The notes: a model not told the origin generated them from the sequence alone. Numbered from the stretch's first letter, positions 9,414 through 21,518 are shown. The stretch is DNA of 64,000 nt from Histomonas meleagridis 2922-C6/04-290x (GCA_020184695.1 JAANOX010000268.1:213235-277234); one strand, 5' to 3'. A program made the numbers and translations.

Positions 9414-11266
9414 ATGAGTACAACTAAGAATATGAAGAATATTGAAGGTATTAATACTACATTAAATTTTACTAGTAATGCCATGAAAGTATTAAAAGCG
9501 CGATATCTTCAACAAGATGAAAACAATGAAATCATTGAAACCCCAGAAGAAATGTTTCAACGAGTAGCCAAATGTTTAGCATCAGTTGAAAAAGATGAAG
9601 AAAAATGGAGTCGAATTTTTAGTGAAGTTATGACAAATTTTGAATTTATTCCAGCAGGACGTACATTAGCCAATGCAGGTGCCAAGACAGCACTTATTTC
9701 TAATTGTGTTGTTTTACATATGGAAGATTCTTTAGATAGTATTTTTGATACACTTAAAGAAGCAGCACTTCTTCAACAAGCAGGTTCAGGTATTGGATTT
9801 CCATTTCATCTTCTTCGACCAGCAGGATTTAAATGTAAACGAACACTTGGTTCATCAAGTGGACCATTATCATTTTTACGAATTTATTCAGAAGCATTTC
9901 GAATAGTTCAACAACATGGTCGTCATGGAGCTAATATGGCTTTAATGCGTGTTGATCATCCCGATATTTTAGAATTTATTGAAGCCAAAGCTAAAGAAGG
10001 TACATATGAGAATTTTAATTTTTCAGTTGGACTTACTGATGAATTTATGGAACGAGTTATTAATAATGATCCAACACCATGGTTATGTACATGGAATGGT
10101 GAAAAGATGAAACCACGATATATTACACGTGATGCAGCAGGACGTATTACAGATATTACAGAAGCTGATATTTCAGCGCCAGAAATTATGGATGAAATTA
10201 TTTATAGTGCATGGCGTAATGGTGAACCAGGATGTATTTTTCTTGATACAGTTAATAAGACTAATCCATTACCAGGTCTTGGGCCTATTGAATGTTGTAA
10301 TCCATGTGGAGAACAATATCTTCATTCAGGTGATGCATGTAATTTAGGATCAATTAATTTAGAAAAAAATTTGTTAATTCAGATCGTACATTAAATGAAG
10401 AAAAAAATTAAAAGAAGTTACCCGTATAGCAGTTCGAATGTTAGATAATGTAGTAGATTTAACACAATTTCCAGTAGAACGTGTCAATACTATGTTTAAA
10501 AAAATAATAGACGTATTGGTTTAGGTATTATGGGTTTAGCAGATATGTTATTTTTAATGAAATTACCATATAATTCAGAAGAAGGACGAAAAGTAGCTAC
10601 ACGAGCTATGGAAATTATTCAAGAAACATCTATTGATGAATCAATTAAACTTGGAGCTGAAAAAGGTAATTTCCCAAACTTTGATAAAAGTATTTGGTGT
10701 AAGAAATATGCGACGATGCGAAATGCATCATTAACTAATGTAGCACCTACTGGTTCTACATCTATGTTAATGGATGTTTCATCAGGTGTTGAACCATATT
10801 TTGCATTAGCATATCGACGATGTAATTGTTTAGCAGGTGAAATGAAACCATTTGTTAACAAACATTTAAAGAAAGCACTTAAAGAAAATAATTGTTATTC
10901 TAAAGAAATTATGGAACAAATCCTTCAAACAGGTACATTAAGGAATGTTATCGGAGTTCCAGAAGAAGTTAAAAAAGTATTTGTTACATCATTGGATATT
11001 TCACCTAAAGATCATATTAATATGCAAAGTGAAATTCAAAAAAATATACATGTAACGCGATTTCTAAAACAGTTAATTTTGAACAAGATGCAACAGAAGA
11101 TATGGTTCGAGAAGGATTTATCGAAGGATGGAAATTGGGTTGTAAAGGTTTAACAGTTTATCGAAATGGTTCAAGACAATATCAAGTTCTTGAAACTAAA
11201 GCACAAAGTAATGAAGCTGTGAAAACTTTTGTCGATACTTGTAAAGATGGTAAATGTGATATTTAA
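9414..11266 (+). CDS. nrdJ: Class II (adenosylcobalamin-dependent, NrdJ-type) ribonucleotide reductase, broken by 4 frameshifts at A7 runs
   Basis: TPEEMFQRVA, FIPAGRTLANAG, SNCVV, GSGIG, GANMA, NFNFSV, NPCGEQYL, ACNLGSINL, RRIGLGIMGLAD, NVAPTGSTS, SSGVEP, CNAISKTVN, GCKGLTVYRNGSR, C-terminal CKDGKC. No class I YY pair and no ATP cone. Confidence 0.85.
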
Positions 11267-12089
11267 ATAAAATAAAAAAATTTTTTATTATTCTTATTTA
11301 AGATTTTCAATATATCTTGAACACTTCAATTGTATTTCTGTCTCTACAATTTCATTTTCATCTTCTGCTTCTATATATATTAATGAATCTTTTCCAATAA
11401 CATTTTTTATTTCTTTTTTCAGAACCAGCATTGAAGATCCATGTAACATTCAATCTTTTAACTGTACAAGAAGAGGTATATTTCTTAAATTACTATTTTT
11501 ATAAAGAAATCATTGTAATAAATCACATAACGACACTTTATTATGATAAGATCATCAAGTAATCTTTCATACATACTTTCCCTTTCTGCTATTTTTTCCA
11601 ACCAAAACATGCTTTCATACATAAACACAAAAACAATACTCAGACAGTTACTTTCATATGGAAAATCATGAAAAGCGCGGTGATTAGTTCAACATAAGTA
11701 AGTCCGTCGGGAGACCATTTTTAAAATAAAAATCAAATTGTTTGCAGGCCTGCCTGAAGGCCACAACGTGGCGTCCTCTGACCGTCTTTTGGCTCAAGTT
11801 GCGCTGACTGAAGCAGTGCGGGAATTGAAAAAAAAAAATTATTTGCTTCTAAGTTTTCTATTCGACTATGGGCTTGTTAAATAATGTTTTTATGCATCAC
11901 AAAAAATCTTCTTTGACTTTTATGGAATCCAAACGATTTTTGCCATCAAAATGTGAATGTTTTATTAATTAAGTATTTAAAGATAAAAATCTTTTCAACA
12001 ATTCATTCAATTTTCACGTTAAAATAAATACTAATTCAAACTTATATTTTATTCATGAACAAAAGGGTTAAAATGCTGAAAAATTTATG

Positions 12090-13790
12090 TCACTTCAACA
12101 GTGAAGTCCCATTCTTTGTGATAAAATCTTTCAACAATTTTGATGTCGGGAATTGTAACAAAGCAGCCTGAAGTAAAGCTGTTTTATTTTGATGATCGCA
12201 CAAGTTTGCAAGAATTACAGCCCTTTCTACGAGCATTTCTTCCTTTGGATTTACAGAAAGTGCCTTCATAACCGTTGGCATAACCGCCCTGTCGTTTTTG
12301 ATAGCATTCAAATAACCGTAATTCGAGCATTCAAATATGAACGATACGATGTTTGATGCGATTTGAGGTTCCTTCAAGTAAATGGAAAGCAACACTGAAG
12401 CCAACCTTATTAGCTTGTATTGCTCCACTTTGGAAGGCGCATAAGGAACGCAAAGTGATATTGTCCCGAAAGCACAAGAAACAAGCTCTGGAACCTTTGT
12501 ACTTGATAAGATTATGGGATTAATGTCATCAAATACTCTTTCTGAGAGTTCTTTCACTCGTTTTTCGACTTCTTTGCCTTCCTCAGGTAAAGGAATGGTG
12601 AGGAAATATCGCGTGATGACAATCATTGATGCTCTGTAAAGTTGAATTTCCAAATCTTTTGTCTCAAGAAGTTCAAAGGACCAATCTAATGCACCTCCAT
12701 TAATTGCTTTCTTTAGCGCGTCCTTGATAATGCATATTTTACTAAGTAACATCATTGCGCCTGAAGTTTTTTTCTGCATGCAGATTTCAACAATTCCCTT
12801 CTCGTTTGCCTTAACAAGAAGTTCTTCGTTGTTTGCGATCTGGAATATGAGGTAAAACAATGTTTGTAGTGCAACTTCATTAAGATCATATTTGAATCCA
12901 TCACATAAAAGTTCGACAAAGTTGTACTCCATTAAACGCTCAAATAGATCTTTAGGTGCCAATTGCAGTATGTTAAGGATTTGGGTGAATATGGTTTCGT
13001 TGTCTTTCCACTTTGATAATACATGATGAATAATTACATATCCAGCCCAAACATCACTAGCTCCTTTGGATGCTAGAACCGTCAAGATATGGAGGCAAGA
13101 AGAAACGATTGGCTCAAAATCAATGTAAATTTGTAGTATTGAATAAAATATTCGACAACAGCCACTTGAATTAATTTTGAGAATTTGTTCTTGAGTGACT
13201 TCATTTTCAGTAAGAAACTTGATCGCGTTGCTTAGAGAAACTGAAAGTTTTTCGATATTAAGGATTGAAATTGGAATAGCTGAAAAAACCGCTAAATCAG
13301 CATCTTCTTTTGATATGAATGGAAGACCGACTTCCTCAAGAAGTCTGCTTAAGGCTGCTTGGCCTTCGGAGTTGGGATATAGAGCAGATGAACGAGAATA
13401 TTCTTGAAGAGCAGCTAAAAGTTTACCATTGAGTTCACTGATTTGGCCTCTACGAAGGTAGGCTAAACTAAGAATAGGTGTCATTGGATCTTTTTCAAGT
13501 TCTGAAATATTTCCATTTGATATTTTATCTTCTGGTCTTACTTGACGGTAAATATCAATCACAGCATTAGCATCAGAAAGTGCATCGTCGCGTTTTTCAA
13601 GAAACATTCTACATAAAGATCTTTGAAGAAGAGATGAACATTTAAGAAGTGCATCTTCATCACTTGAAATTGTCACTTTATCAATAACTTTAGTAAATAT
13701 ACTGTCAGCTTTGCTCCATTTTTTATGTTCCATTTTGTGAATACCAACATCACGAAGCTTAACCAAAGATTCAGCCATTATTAGGATCAA
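12090..13790 (-). CDS. TPR + ARM/HEAT-repeat protein
   Basis: N-terminal TPR-like helices (LKLRDVG..HK..WSKADSIFT; AYLRRGQISE..GKL.AALQEY), followed by helical repeats. Confidence 0.6.
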   Translation of the reverse strand: MILIMAESLVKLRDVGIHKMEHKKWSKADSIFTKVIDKVTISSDEDALLKCSSLLQRSLCRMFLEKRDDALSDANAVIDIYRQVRPEDKISNGNISELEKDPMTPILSLAYLRRGQISELNGKLLAALQEYSRSSALYPNSEGQAALSRLLEEVGLPFISKEDADLAVFSAIPISILNIEKLSVSLSNAIKFLTENEVTQEQILKINSSGCCRIFYSILQIYIDFEPIVSSCLHILTVLASKGASDVWAGYVIIHHVLSKWKDNETIFTQILNILQLAPKDLFERLMEYNFVELLCDGFKYDLNEVALQTLFYLIFQIANNEELLVKANEKGIVEICMQKKTSGAMMLLSKICIIKDALKKAINGGALDWSFELLETKDLEIQLYRASMIVITRYFLTIPLPEEGKEVEKRVKELSERVFDDINPIILSSTKVPELVSCAFGTISLCVPYAPSKVEQYKLIRLASVLLSIYLKEPQIASNIVSFIFECSNYGYLNAIKNDRAVMPTVMKALSVNPKEEMLVERAVILANLCDHQNKTALLQAALLQFPTSKLLKDFITKNGTSLLK

Positions 13791-14501
13791 ACAAACTTTC
13801 TCAAATTAGATTTTTTGGTGTGTGAAACTCTTCACATCGAGAAGAAAGTGAGAAGCAACTTGAAGAAAGCACAAAATGAGAAGATGTGTTTGAACTTTCA
13901 TAAAATATTTTTTCAATTAATCTCATAACAATAAAAAAATTTAGAATTTTTTTTTTCTACTGAATAAATACTGAATATATATCGTGATGAATATTTAAAA
14001 AAGAGATAACAAAAAATCTAAAATCATATTTGGTTTTACGTTCACGATGAACCTTATATTACGATAAAAAATAGTCAAGAAAAAATTTAACGAAGAAAAA
14101 AGAATTATCTTAAAAACGCGAGAATTATTTCATTCGAGAAACTGTATTTATATTGCCATATATGATTTGATTATATTTTCATATAATTATTCGAGTAATT
14201 ATTGATTTTTTTGGCGAAATTTGCAAAAAAATGAAGATTTTAATTCAAAGGAGAAGAGATTTACCCTATCGTTTTTCACATTGTTTTTTTCAGAATTTTT
14301 ATGATGATTTACAACAACCGAAAATTTTGGTTCAAAAGTATCGGTTATTACGACCATATTTTCGGACTTGTTAATTGAAGTCAGGGTACACAAAAGTGGC
14401 ATCGATTCTTTGAAATAACGGTTTTTTGAGATGGATACTTTCAATATTAAGCTTTGGAATCAGCTTTTTGAATGAAATTAACGTCTTCTATCGCATAGTC
14501 C

Positions 14502-15407
14502 ATGTCTGAAGAAGACGTAACCCTCCATGTCGATAACAACCCAAAGACTATGCTGCGTTCTCGAATATTTGGGCATGACGGAGTTATCATACCTTTCCGT
14601 GAGGGCATAATTGCAAAAAAGTGCAGAATTCTTCAAGAGCTTCGTTTCTACCTTGGATATATCGGCTGGATCCATGATATGGTTCCTGAGAGTCTTATTC
14701 CAAAGGTTGAAGGCTTCGTGGAAGAAAAGGATGCCGGATCAATTTCCATCAAAAATCCAGAAATTCATCTAAAGATAAGGAAAGAATTGAGTATGCCAGC
14801 TTTAACTAGTACTCCATACATTTTGATGCGCGACATAGCAGGCGGGTTTGTTAAACCTGCTGTATTAGATATCAAGCTTGGTGGAAGGACCTGGGCACTC
14901 GGTGCCAAACCAGAGAAAGTTGCGCACATGCGAAAGAAAGTAGAAAGTGGAACAGCCAGTAGCTTAAAATTTAAAGTTCGTGCAGCTATGTGGTATAGCA
15001 AGAATCCAGATAAATGGCCAATCACCGAAAATGCAAACTACATCGAACGTGACTTTGGCAACAATTGCACAGAAGAAGAATTAAGAAACTTTTTGAAAGA
15101 TTTCTTTCATGACAAGAAAAAGTTACCTTTTTTCATTGATAAGTTAGAAAAATTGAAAAACGCTTTGTATAAACTGAGAAATGAGGCTAATGCACGATTG
15201 TTTAGTTCGTCTGTTTTGCTTGTTTATGATGAAGAAGACGAGTCTAAAAAAGAGTGCAGGCTTCTCGACTTCGCAAAAACTTATTGGAACATAAACAAAA
15301 TGGCTGAAGAATTCAACGAAAACGTAAAGGATTGCGAAGACGATATTTTACCTGGAATTCAAAACTTGATAGTCCTTTTAAGATCTATCCTCAATGAAGA
15401 AGAGTAA
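14502..15407 (+). CDS. Inositol polyphosphate kinase (IPK/IP6K/IPMK family)
   Basis: PAVLDIKLGGRTW (PxxxDxKxG), SSVLLVYD, LLDFAK. Confidence 0.9.
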   Translation: MSEEDVTLHVDNNPKTMLRSRIFGHDGVIIPFREGIIAKKCRILQELRFYLGYIGWIHDMVPESLIPKVEGFVEEKDAGSISIKNPEIHLKIRKELSMPALTSTPYILMRDIAGGFVKPAVLDIKLGGRTWALGAKPEKVAHMRKKVESGTASSLKFKVRAAMWYSKNPDKWPITENANYIERDFGNNCTEEELRNFLKDFFHDKKKLPFFIDKLEKLKNALYKLRNEANARLFSSSVLLVYDEEDESKKECRLLDFAKTYWNINKMAEEFNENVKDCEDDILPGIQNLIVLLRSILNEEE

Positions 15408-15733
15408 CTTTCCTAAGTTAGAAAAATAAAAAAAATATGTTTGAATATGTCTTTTGTGAACTTAGAAATGGAATGAGATTGAAACGAAACTTTCCAAAAA
15501 TTTGTAAAATGATTCATCTTGGTGAGGATTGTTGTAGAATAGATGTAGAAAGTGATTATTTGTTGAGGATGTGAATGATTAGTCTTCGATAAAATTTGAA
15601 CACAAAAATTACGTTTAAACGTCATTGCATTTGAAAAAGAGAGAGTGGTTAAAGGGTAAATTTATCCCTTTAATTAGGCAAATTTTGAATTCAAAAGTTT
15701 ATTTGATGAAAGTTTTATTTCAGTTTTGATAAA

Positions 15734-16324
15734 TTAGAAGCAGCAGTCCTTTTTGCCCTTTTGTGAACCTGGTTCAATGCGTTTTGTGTCGTCGTCTTTT
15801 CGGGCATCTGTAGCTGCTAGTCCTTTTCGGTAAATTGCAGCTGCTGTTCTTTGAAATGCTTCTTGAATATTGTCACCACCAAGCGCAGATGTTTCAAGAT
15901 ATGTAAGCTGATGCAACTGAGCGAACCCTTCTGCTTCAGATGGAGTAATTGTTCTTTGATCAACTAAATCGGATTTATTTCCAATTAATGTGACAACAGC
16001 ATTAGGGTCGCAAAGCGAATGAATGTCTTTTAGCCAGTCTGTTAGGTCTTCAAAAGATTTTCTGTCTGTGAGATCAAAAACCAAAATAACTCCTATAGCA
16101 GAACGGAAATATGCTTTTGCAATTGACCTAAATCTTTCTTGACCAGCTGTATCCCAAATATGTAGTTTTATTTGTTTGTCATCAACGACAACAGAAGTTG
16201 CCAAAAATTCGACACCAATTGTTGACTGTGATTCTTCTGCAAAAACATCATCAACTAGGCGCTTGAGGATAGCTGTTTTTCCAACGCCACTTGATCCTAT
16301 AACAATAAACTTGTAATTTGACAT
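15734..16324 (-). CDS. Rab GTPase
   Basis: GSSGVGKT, STIGVEF, WDTAGQERF, GNKSD, ETSA, C-terminal CCF; start at MSNYKF. Confidence 0.95.
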   Translation of the reverse strand: MSNYKFIVIGSSGVGKTAILKRLVDDVFAEESQSTIGVEFLATSVVVDDKQIKLHIWDTAGQERFRSIAKAYFRSAIGVILVFDLTDRKSFEDLTDWLKDIHSLCDPNAVVTLIGNKSDLVDQRTITPSEAEGFAQLHQLTYLETSALGGDNIQEAFQRTAAAIYRKGLAATDARKDDDTKRIEPGSQKGKKDCCF

Positions 16325-16862
16325 AAATAAAAATGAAGCTTTTGAGGATTTGACCAAAAATTGTCGGCAAATGAGTAAAGTTCGGAATTTTGTCAAAATC
16401 TCAAAAAATTGGGCAAGCATTTGCACATGAGTTTTTCAAGATATAATGAAAGAGATATGGAAAGTTATCATCGAATCAAAATAAATGTGAAATCTTTTGT
16501 GTTGAATGAAATTTAGTTGTAAAAGTTTGAAATCAAAATTTGTAAATATAAAGATTGGGAATCTTTCTTGGGTCAAGTTGCTACAAAAAGTGAGAGTTCC
16601 TTTATTCTTTTATTAACATACGCTCTGTTTGCTCTGTTTAAAATACAAACCTTCATAACGTTTTACAAAATTTTCTTTGTTGTTACAAAAAACATTAAAA
16701 TCTATGTAAAAAGAATCGTAGTTTAGGAAACTCTTTTTCACAAATACATTTTAAATGCCTAAAAATCAATTTTCAGCAAACATAAGTAATGTTTAATACA
16801 AAATCACTTATATCAACAAATGAAAACGAGATCAAGTCGCAAAACAAATCATACAAACACAA

Positions 16863-19550
16863 TTATCTCCACCGCGCTCTTGTTGGAGTTGGCAATAAAA
16901 CCATTCCTTCATCTTCGGATGAAACCTCATCTTCCGATAGTTCCTCCACATCATTCACGTCACATATTCCCTCAGTGCCTTCTTCAGGCCTCAATGACAC
17001 AACAATGACACTAATATTATCCTTACTTCCAAGTGCATATGCGTAATTTCGAAGTGAGATAGCTGCATCAGACGCGGATTTTGATGCTCTCACAACACGG
17101 GCGGCATACTCTTCATCAATGACATCCCATACGCCATCACATGCCATGATGATCGCAACATCATCTTTGCAGATATCATAAACTTCAACATCTGGCTTGA
17201 CAAAAAGGCCTTCTCCACACCAGAAGTCACCAAGAGAACGGGCAACAGCGAGCTTGCGATTGATACGACCTTCTGGCGTGACCGTTAGACCATTTGATCG
17301 AAGTCGTTTATACTCTGGACGGTCGAGTGGCTTGAAGTCAGTGGTTATTCGCTCTGCTGAATGACGTTTTACACGGACAACGCGTGAATCGCCGACTCCG
17401 ATTGAATATACACGCTTTTCAGAAATGACAGCAACGGCAGCAGTACAGCCATCCTTAACATTTAGCTGCTTGAGGACTTGGTTAATACGAACAAATGCTT
17501 GGGAATAATTTTCGGCAAAATTATCATTTGATATAATTTTTTGGAAATCATGAAAAAGTAAATCAGCTGCGGAAAGTGCGGAAGCGTTTCCAGTATGTCC
17601 ATCGAAAACGCCGAAAAGAGAATGATTTTCATCATATTGACGTATTAGAATCGCATCTTCCATCGTCAAACGGTCGCCCATCGTTGATGCGTAGCCGATA
17701 CCGAATTTCATAGGAAATGTGAAGTGGTTATTATCCATAACGTGCAACCTTACTGGCGGCAGCGGTTTTGCCTTATCGTACTTATTTCCAACGTATTCTA
17801 AACAAGAAATACTTTTTGCTCTGATAGCTTCTGAAGTCATATCAACCAGACCGTTTGTAAAGTTGTTCATGGAAAGTGACAAATATTTTGTCAATGGTAT
17901 TAATCTGAAATCGAATTGAGACAACTGATTGAATTCCAAATTCAAAGATTGAAGTTTTGGAAGTAAAACACTGAATTTATTCAATTTGTTGAACGATAAG
18001 TCCAAGAAAATTAATTCATCCGGAAGAGGAGGAATGTCTTCGATTAAGTTATGGGAAGCAGAGAATGATGTTAATTGTCTTAAACTAATGATTTCAGGGG
18101 GAATAGTTTTGATGTGATTATTCGATACATTTAAATTTTTAAGGAATCGTAATGAACTTATTGATTTAGGTAAAACAGAAAGTAAATTTCCTGAAATGGA
18201 AAGAGATTTTAATTGTGGAAATGATAAAAGGACACTTGGGAATCGTCTAAATTGATTAACAGATCCATTAAATACCATCATTTTCCGACATAAACTTAAT
18301 GATGAAGGTAATTCATCAATTAAGTTAAACGAAACATTAATTTCAGTTAAGAAAATCGATGATGAAAATGAATCGGAAAGATATTGTATCCGATTAAAAG
18401 AAAGATTTAATATCTTCAACTTTGGTAAATCAAATTTCCCAAGTTTAATTAATTTGTTATTCGAGCATGATAAAGTTTCAATTGCTTTCGATTGAAGTAA
18501 ATTCTTTGGAAGTTTCTCGAGTTTGTTATCGTCTAAAATTAAATGAACAAGCCGATTTTGAATAGGAAACTCTTCCGGAAGTTCACCAATATTATTATGA
18601 GCTAAATCTAAAATCCCTAAATTTGAAGTGGACGATGCGAAAAGTGATGTGACTCCAGTGATGCGATTATTCGAAAGCTCAAACGCAACGAGAGTTGGAG
18701 GGCATTTGAAGTCAAGGACGCCCTCGATTTGGCATTTGGTAAGGTTTATAAGCTTAATCCCAACGATTTCAAGAGTTTTAAGTGGAAATCGAGTGATTAA
18801 ATTATTTTTGATATATAACGATTGAAGTGAAAATGGTTCATCATATGAAAATTCGGATATGTCATTAAGTGAAAGATCTAATGTTTTGATGTTATTACCA
18901 ACGGCTTTTTGATCAAATGAAATGATTTGATTACCAAATATATTGACATACTCAAGAACAGGAAATTGGGAGAGAATAGATGGAATCTCACGCAGATTGT
19001 TGCCATTAAGATATAGACTGATTAAAGAGTCTTTCCATTTCGGAAGAGTATTTGGAATGGATTCAATTTCACAGGATGATAATTTAAGTACTTGAAGATT
19101 GGGAAGATCTTTGTCCCATATGGATGTGACGTCAAATGGGTTGAAAGAAAGATCAAGTGATTGTAGACTTTGAGGTAATTCAACATCAAGTTTTTGGATA
19201 AGATTTGAACTTAAATCAAGTGTGGTCAAACACGTAAAAACCGCAAGTTCATCATGTGGGAACCCGGTAAATTTATTATCTGTTAAAATTAAAGTTTGAA
19301 TATTTGTATATGCCGTAAGACCTGGTGGTAGTTTGCTAAGTTGACATGCGCTAAACCTTACTTTTGTTACGTTCAGCATAAGTTCCCCTTTAATAGGTAT
19401 TTCATTGATTCTTTTGGAAAATGCTTCGAAACAAGTTGTATTTAGATCGGCAAAAAAGTATTCAGGAAGAGGGTCTAAAAATATTGCCTCGTCTATTTTG
19501 TCTTGGGAATTATCATTCTTTGATTTTTTCTTTCCCTTTCCTTTCTTCAT
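16863..19550 (-). CDS. LRR + PP2C phosphatase protein (PHLPP/Cyr1-like architecture)
   Basis: About 20 LxxLxLxxN repeats, then MEDA, FGVFDGH, GDSR, LAVARSLGD, ACDGVWD, GSKDNISV. Confidence 0.92.
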   Translation of the reverse strand: MKKGKGKKKSKNDNSQDKIDEAIFLDPLPEYFFADLNTTCFEAFSKRINEIPIKGELMLNVTKVRFSACQLSKLPPGLTAYTNIQTLILTDNKFTGFPHDELAVFTCLTTLDLSSNLIQKLDVELPQSLQSLDLSFNPFDVTSIWDKDLPNLQVLKLSSCEIESIPNTLPKWKDSLISLYLNGNNLREIPSILSQFPVLEYVNIFGNQIISFDQKAVGNNIKTLDLSLNDISEFSYDEPFSLQSLYIKNNLITRFPLKTLEIVGIKLINLTKCQIEGVLDFKCPPTLVAFELSNNRITGVTSLFASSTSNLGILDLAHNNIGELPEEFPIQNRLVHLILDDNKLEKLPKNLLQSKAIETLSCSNNKLIKLGKFDLPKLKILNLSFNRIQYLSDSFSSSIFLTEINVSFNLIDELPSSLSLCRKMMVFNGSVNQFRRFPSVLLSFPQLKSLSISGNLLSVLPKSISSLRFLKNLNVSNNHIKTIPPEIISLRQLTSFSASHNLIEDIPPLPDELIFLDLSFNKLNKFSVLLPKLQSLNLEFNQLSQFDFRLIPLTKYLSLSMNNFTNGLVDMTSEAIRAKSISCLEYVGNKYDKAKPLPPVRLHVMDNNHFTFPMKFGIGYASTMGDRLTMEDAILIRQYDENHSLFGVFDGHTGNASALSAADLLFHDFQKIISNDNFAENYSQAFVRINQVLKQLNVKDGCTAAVAVISEKRVYSIGVGDSRVVRVKRHSAERITTDFKPLDRPEYKRLRSNGLTVTPEGRINRKLAVARSLGDFWCGEGLFVKPDVEVYDICKDDVAIIMACDGVWDVIDEEYAARVVRASKSASDAAISLRNYAYALGSKDNISVIVVSLRPEEGTEGICDVNDVEELSEDEVSSEDEGMVLLPTPTRARWR

Positions 19551-20588
19551 TAAATATGCAACAGATTTTTTACCTAAAAACTTTTTCGTAAAGTTGACAA
19601 TACACTTGTTTCTGAAGTTTACAAATCTTTTTGTTATGATTCCATTTTGGAAAACTTGATCGAATTACTTAAATCATCTTTTTTTCTGACAGCCATATTG
19701 AAGCTTATTGATGAACATCATATGGTATGCAAATTTTTATACTTTAAATATCATTTTAAACTTTCATTATCATTAAATCTGCCATTTTTAATGGCTTAAT
19801 AAAGGTGCTCAAATAAGCTTGCTTTCATAATTATGTAAGATTACCAAATACTTAAGACAATATTACAGTTTTAAAACTTTTCCTGCAGTAAATCCTCCAA
19901 AAAACGATACACTTTTTTTATAAAGATTTCAAAATATCATATTATCTTTTTCTAATCTTGTAGCTTAGAGATAGAAAAATGATTAATGGTTTTATTTTCG
20001 GAGGATTAACAGTATATGTATTGAAAGATTATTTAAATGATAAATATAATGAAAACTAATTTCATTTTGATTTCGTACAATCCATTGATAAAATAAAAAC
20101 CTTATTATTAATATTATTATTATTGAAATTAGCTTTTCTAAGTAAACAAATACCATTCATTGGACATTGTTATTAAATTACTTCACATACTATAAAAGGG
20201 AATGCTTCATAAATCATAAATTTTAATATTTTGGATTCGAAAAATATACTAGTATATTTTCGCTTTACATCATCATAGCCAAAAATTATATTTCAATGCA
20301 TTTATTTCGATTTTCCTTGATAAAATTTTTACATAGAAACACTAACTGAATCATTATGGTATTTCATGGAAATTTCACTTTGGAGAATATTGCAAAAATA
20401 GAACCATTTTCAAGTTTGGAAATGTAAACATAAAAATGCCAAAAAACAAATTCAGAGTGAAATCAATGATAACGATAGATTAATTCTCAAATTTGTTTTC
20501 AAAGAAAATTGTGTAAAAGTGCCTTTGAATGCTTTACGTTTTGGAAGACTTAATCAAAACAAAAAAAAATATAATAAATGAATGGCGT

Positions 20589-21167
20589 TTATGCCAAAGC
20601 AGAGGCTTCTCCACTGGCTTGTTGTGCAATATTTGGTGGACATGGAATACCAATTTCACCAAAGATTTGTGCATATTGGGCAGCTGTTTCTTCTTCAAGA
20701 TCAGTTCCGTCATCTTCCCAAAGGTCATCCATGGCTTCATCAACCATTTCTCCCTTCATGTCCATCATTTCGTTTTCCATCATGAACTTCTGCATTATCA
20801 TTTGCATTTGTGGAACATTAACCATTCTGTTAAGTTGATGCATTGCTTGAGCTGCACCTTTGAGTGCTTTATTAACACCTGCTTGAGCTTTGATTGTTTC
20901 AATTCTAAGACCGAGACTTTCCATTTGTGAGCCAAGCTTTAAGAATTTCTTCATAGCCTGACGATTGCGAACTAAGTCCTTTGCAATAATCATGACTGAC
21001 TCTGTTTCTCCCTTTGCAGCTAATTTCTTCATTTCGGATTTCATTTTAGTTTCTTGATTCTGTAAGCGTGTTCTTTCGCGTTCAATTTCGCGGCAAGATC
21101 TACGAAGTGATTGCTTAAATTGTTTAAGCTTTTCTTCTGGTGTGACTCTCTTTCCAAATAATCCCAT
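20589..21167 (-). CDS. VPS2: ESCRT-III subunit Vps2/CHMP2
   Basis: MGLFGKR.TPEE.L, AKDLVRNRQ, M..FMMENEMMDMKGEMVDEAMDDL; basic N-half and acidic C-half. Confidence 0.88.
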   Translation of the reverse strand: MGLFGKRVTPEEKLKQFKQSLRRSCREIERERTRLQNQETKMKSEMKKLAAKGETESVMIIAKDLVRNRQAMKKFLKLGSQMESLGLRIETIKAQAGVNKALKGAAQAMHQLNRMVNVPQMQMIMQKFMMENEMMDMKGEMVDEAMDDLWEDDGTDLEEETAAQYAQIFGEIGIPCPPNIAQQASGEASALA

Positions 21168-21447
21168 CCAAAAAATGACGGGGAAAACCGTACAAAACCG
21201 TCTGCTTTTTTGGTTCTGAAAAAGTTGATTGAGCATTCAAAAGTCTCAACGATGAGGAAATTCAATCGTTTATCTCACCGAACATTTTTTATTCCTTGTT
21301 AAATCATGTAGATAAGTAATACATCTAAAAATTATTGTAGAAAACTTCTCATCTATTTGAAGTTATTATTTGGTCAAACTTAGGTTTTTAGTTAATTAAA
21401 ATGATAAAAACAAAAAAATGAGTATTTGAAAAAAGGAAACAAAAAAT

Positions 21448-21518
21448 TGCATCGCCCGGGAATCGGACCCGGACCCCCAGCTTGGCAAGCTGAAATTCTA
21501 CCATTAGACCAGCGATGC
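21448..21518 (-). tRNA. tRNA-Gly(GCC)
   Basis: GCATCGC acceptor stem, D-arm GGTCTAATGGTAGAAT, anticodon arm TCAGC-TTGCCAA-GCTGG, T-arm CCGGG-TCCGATT-CCCGG; 71 nt. Confidence 0.95.

Noticed and set aside
9414-11266. RNR as part of the virus-like element
   Set aside because: It is more than 40 kb away, with no flanking TIRs or element genes.
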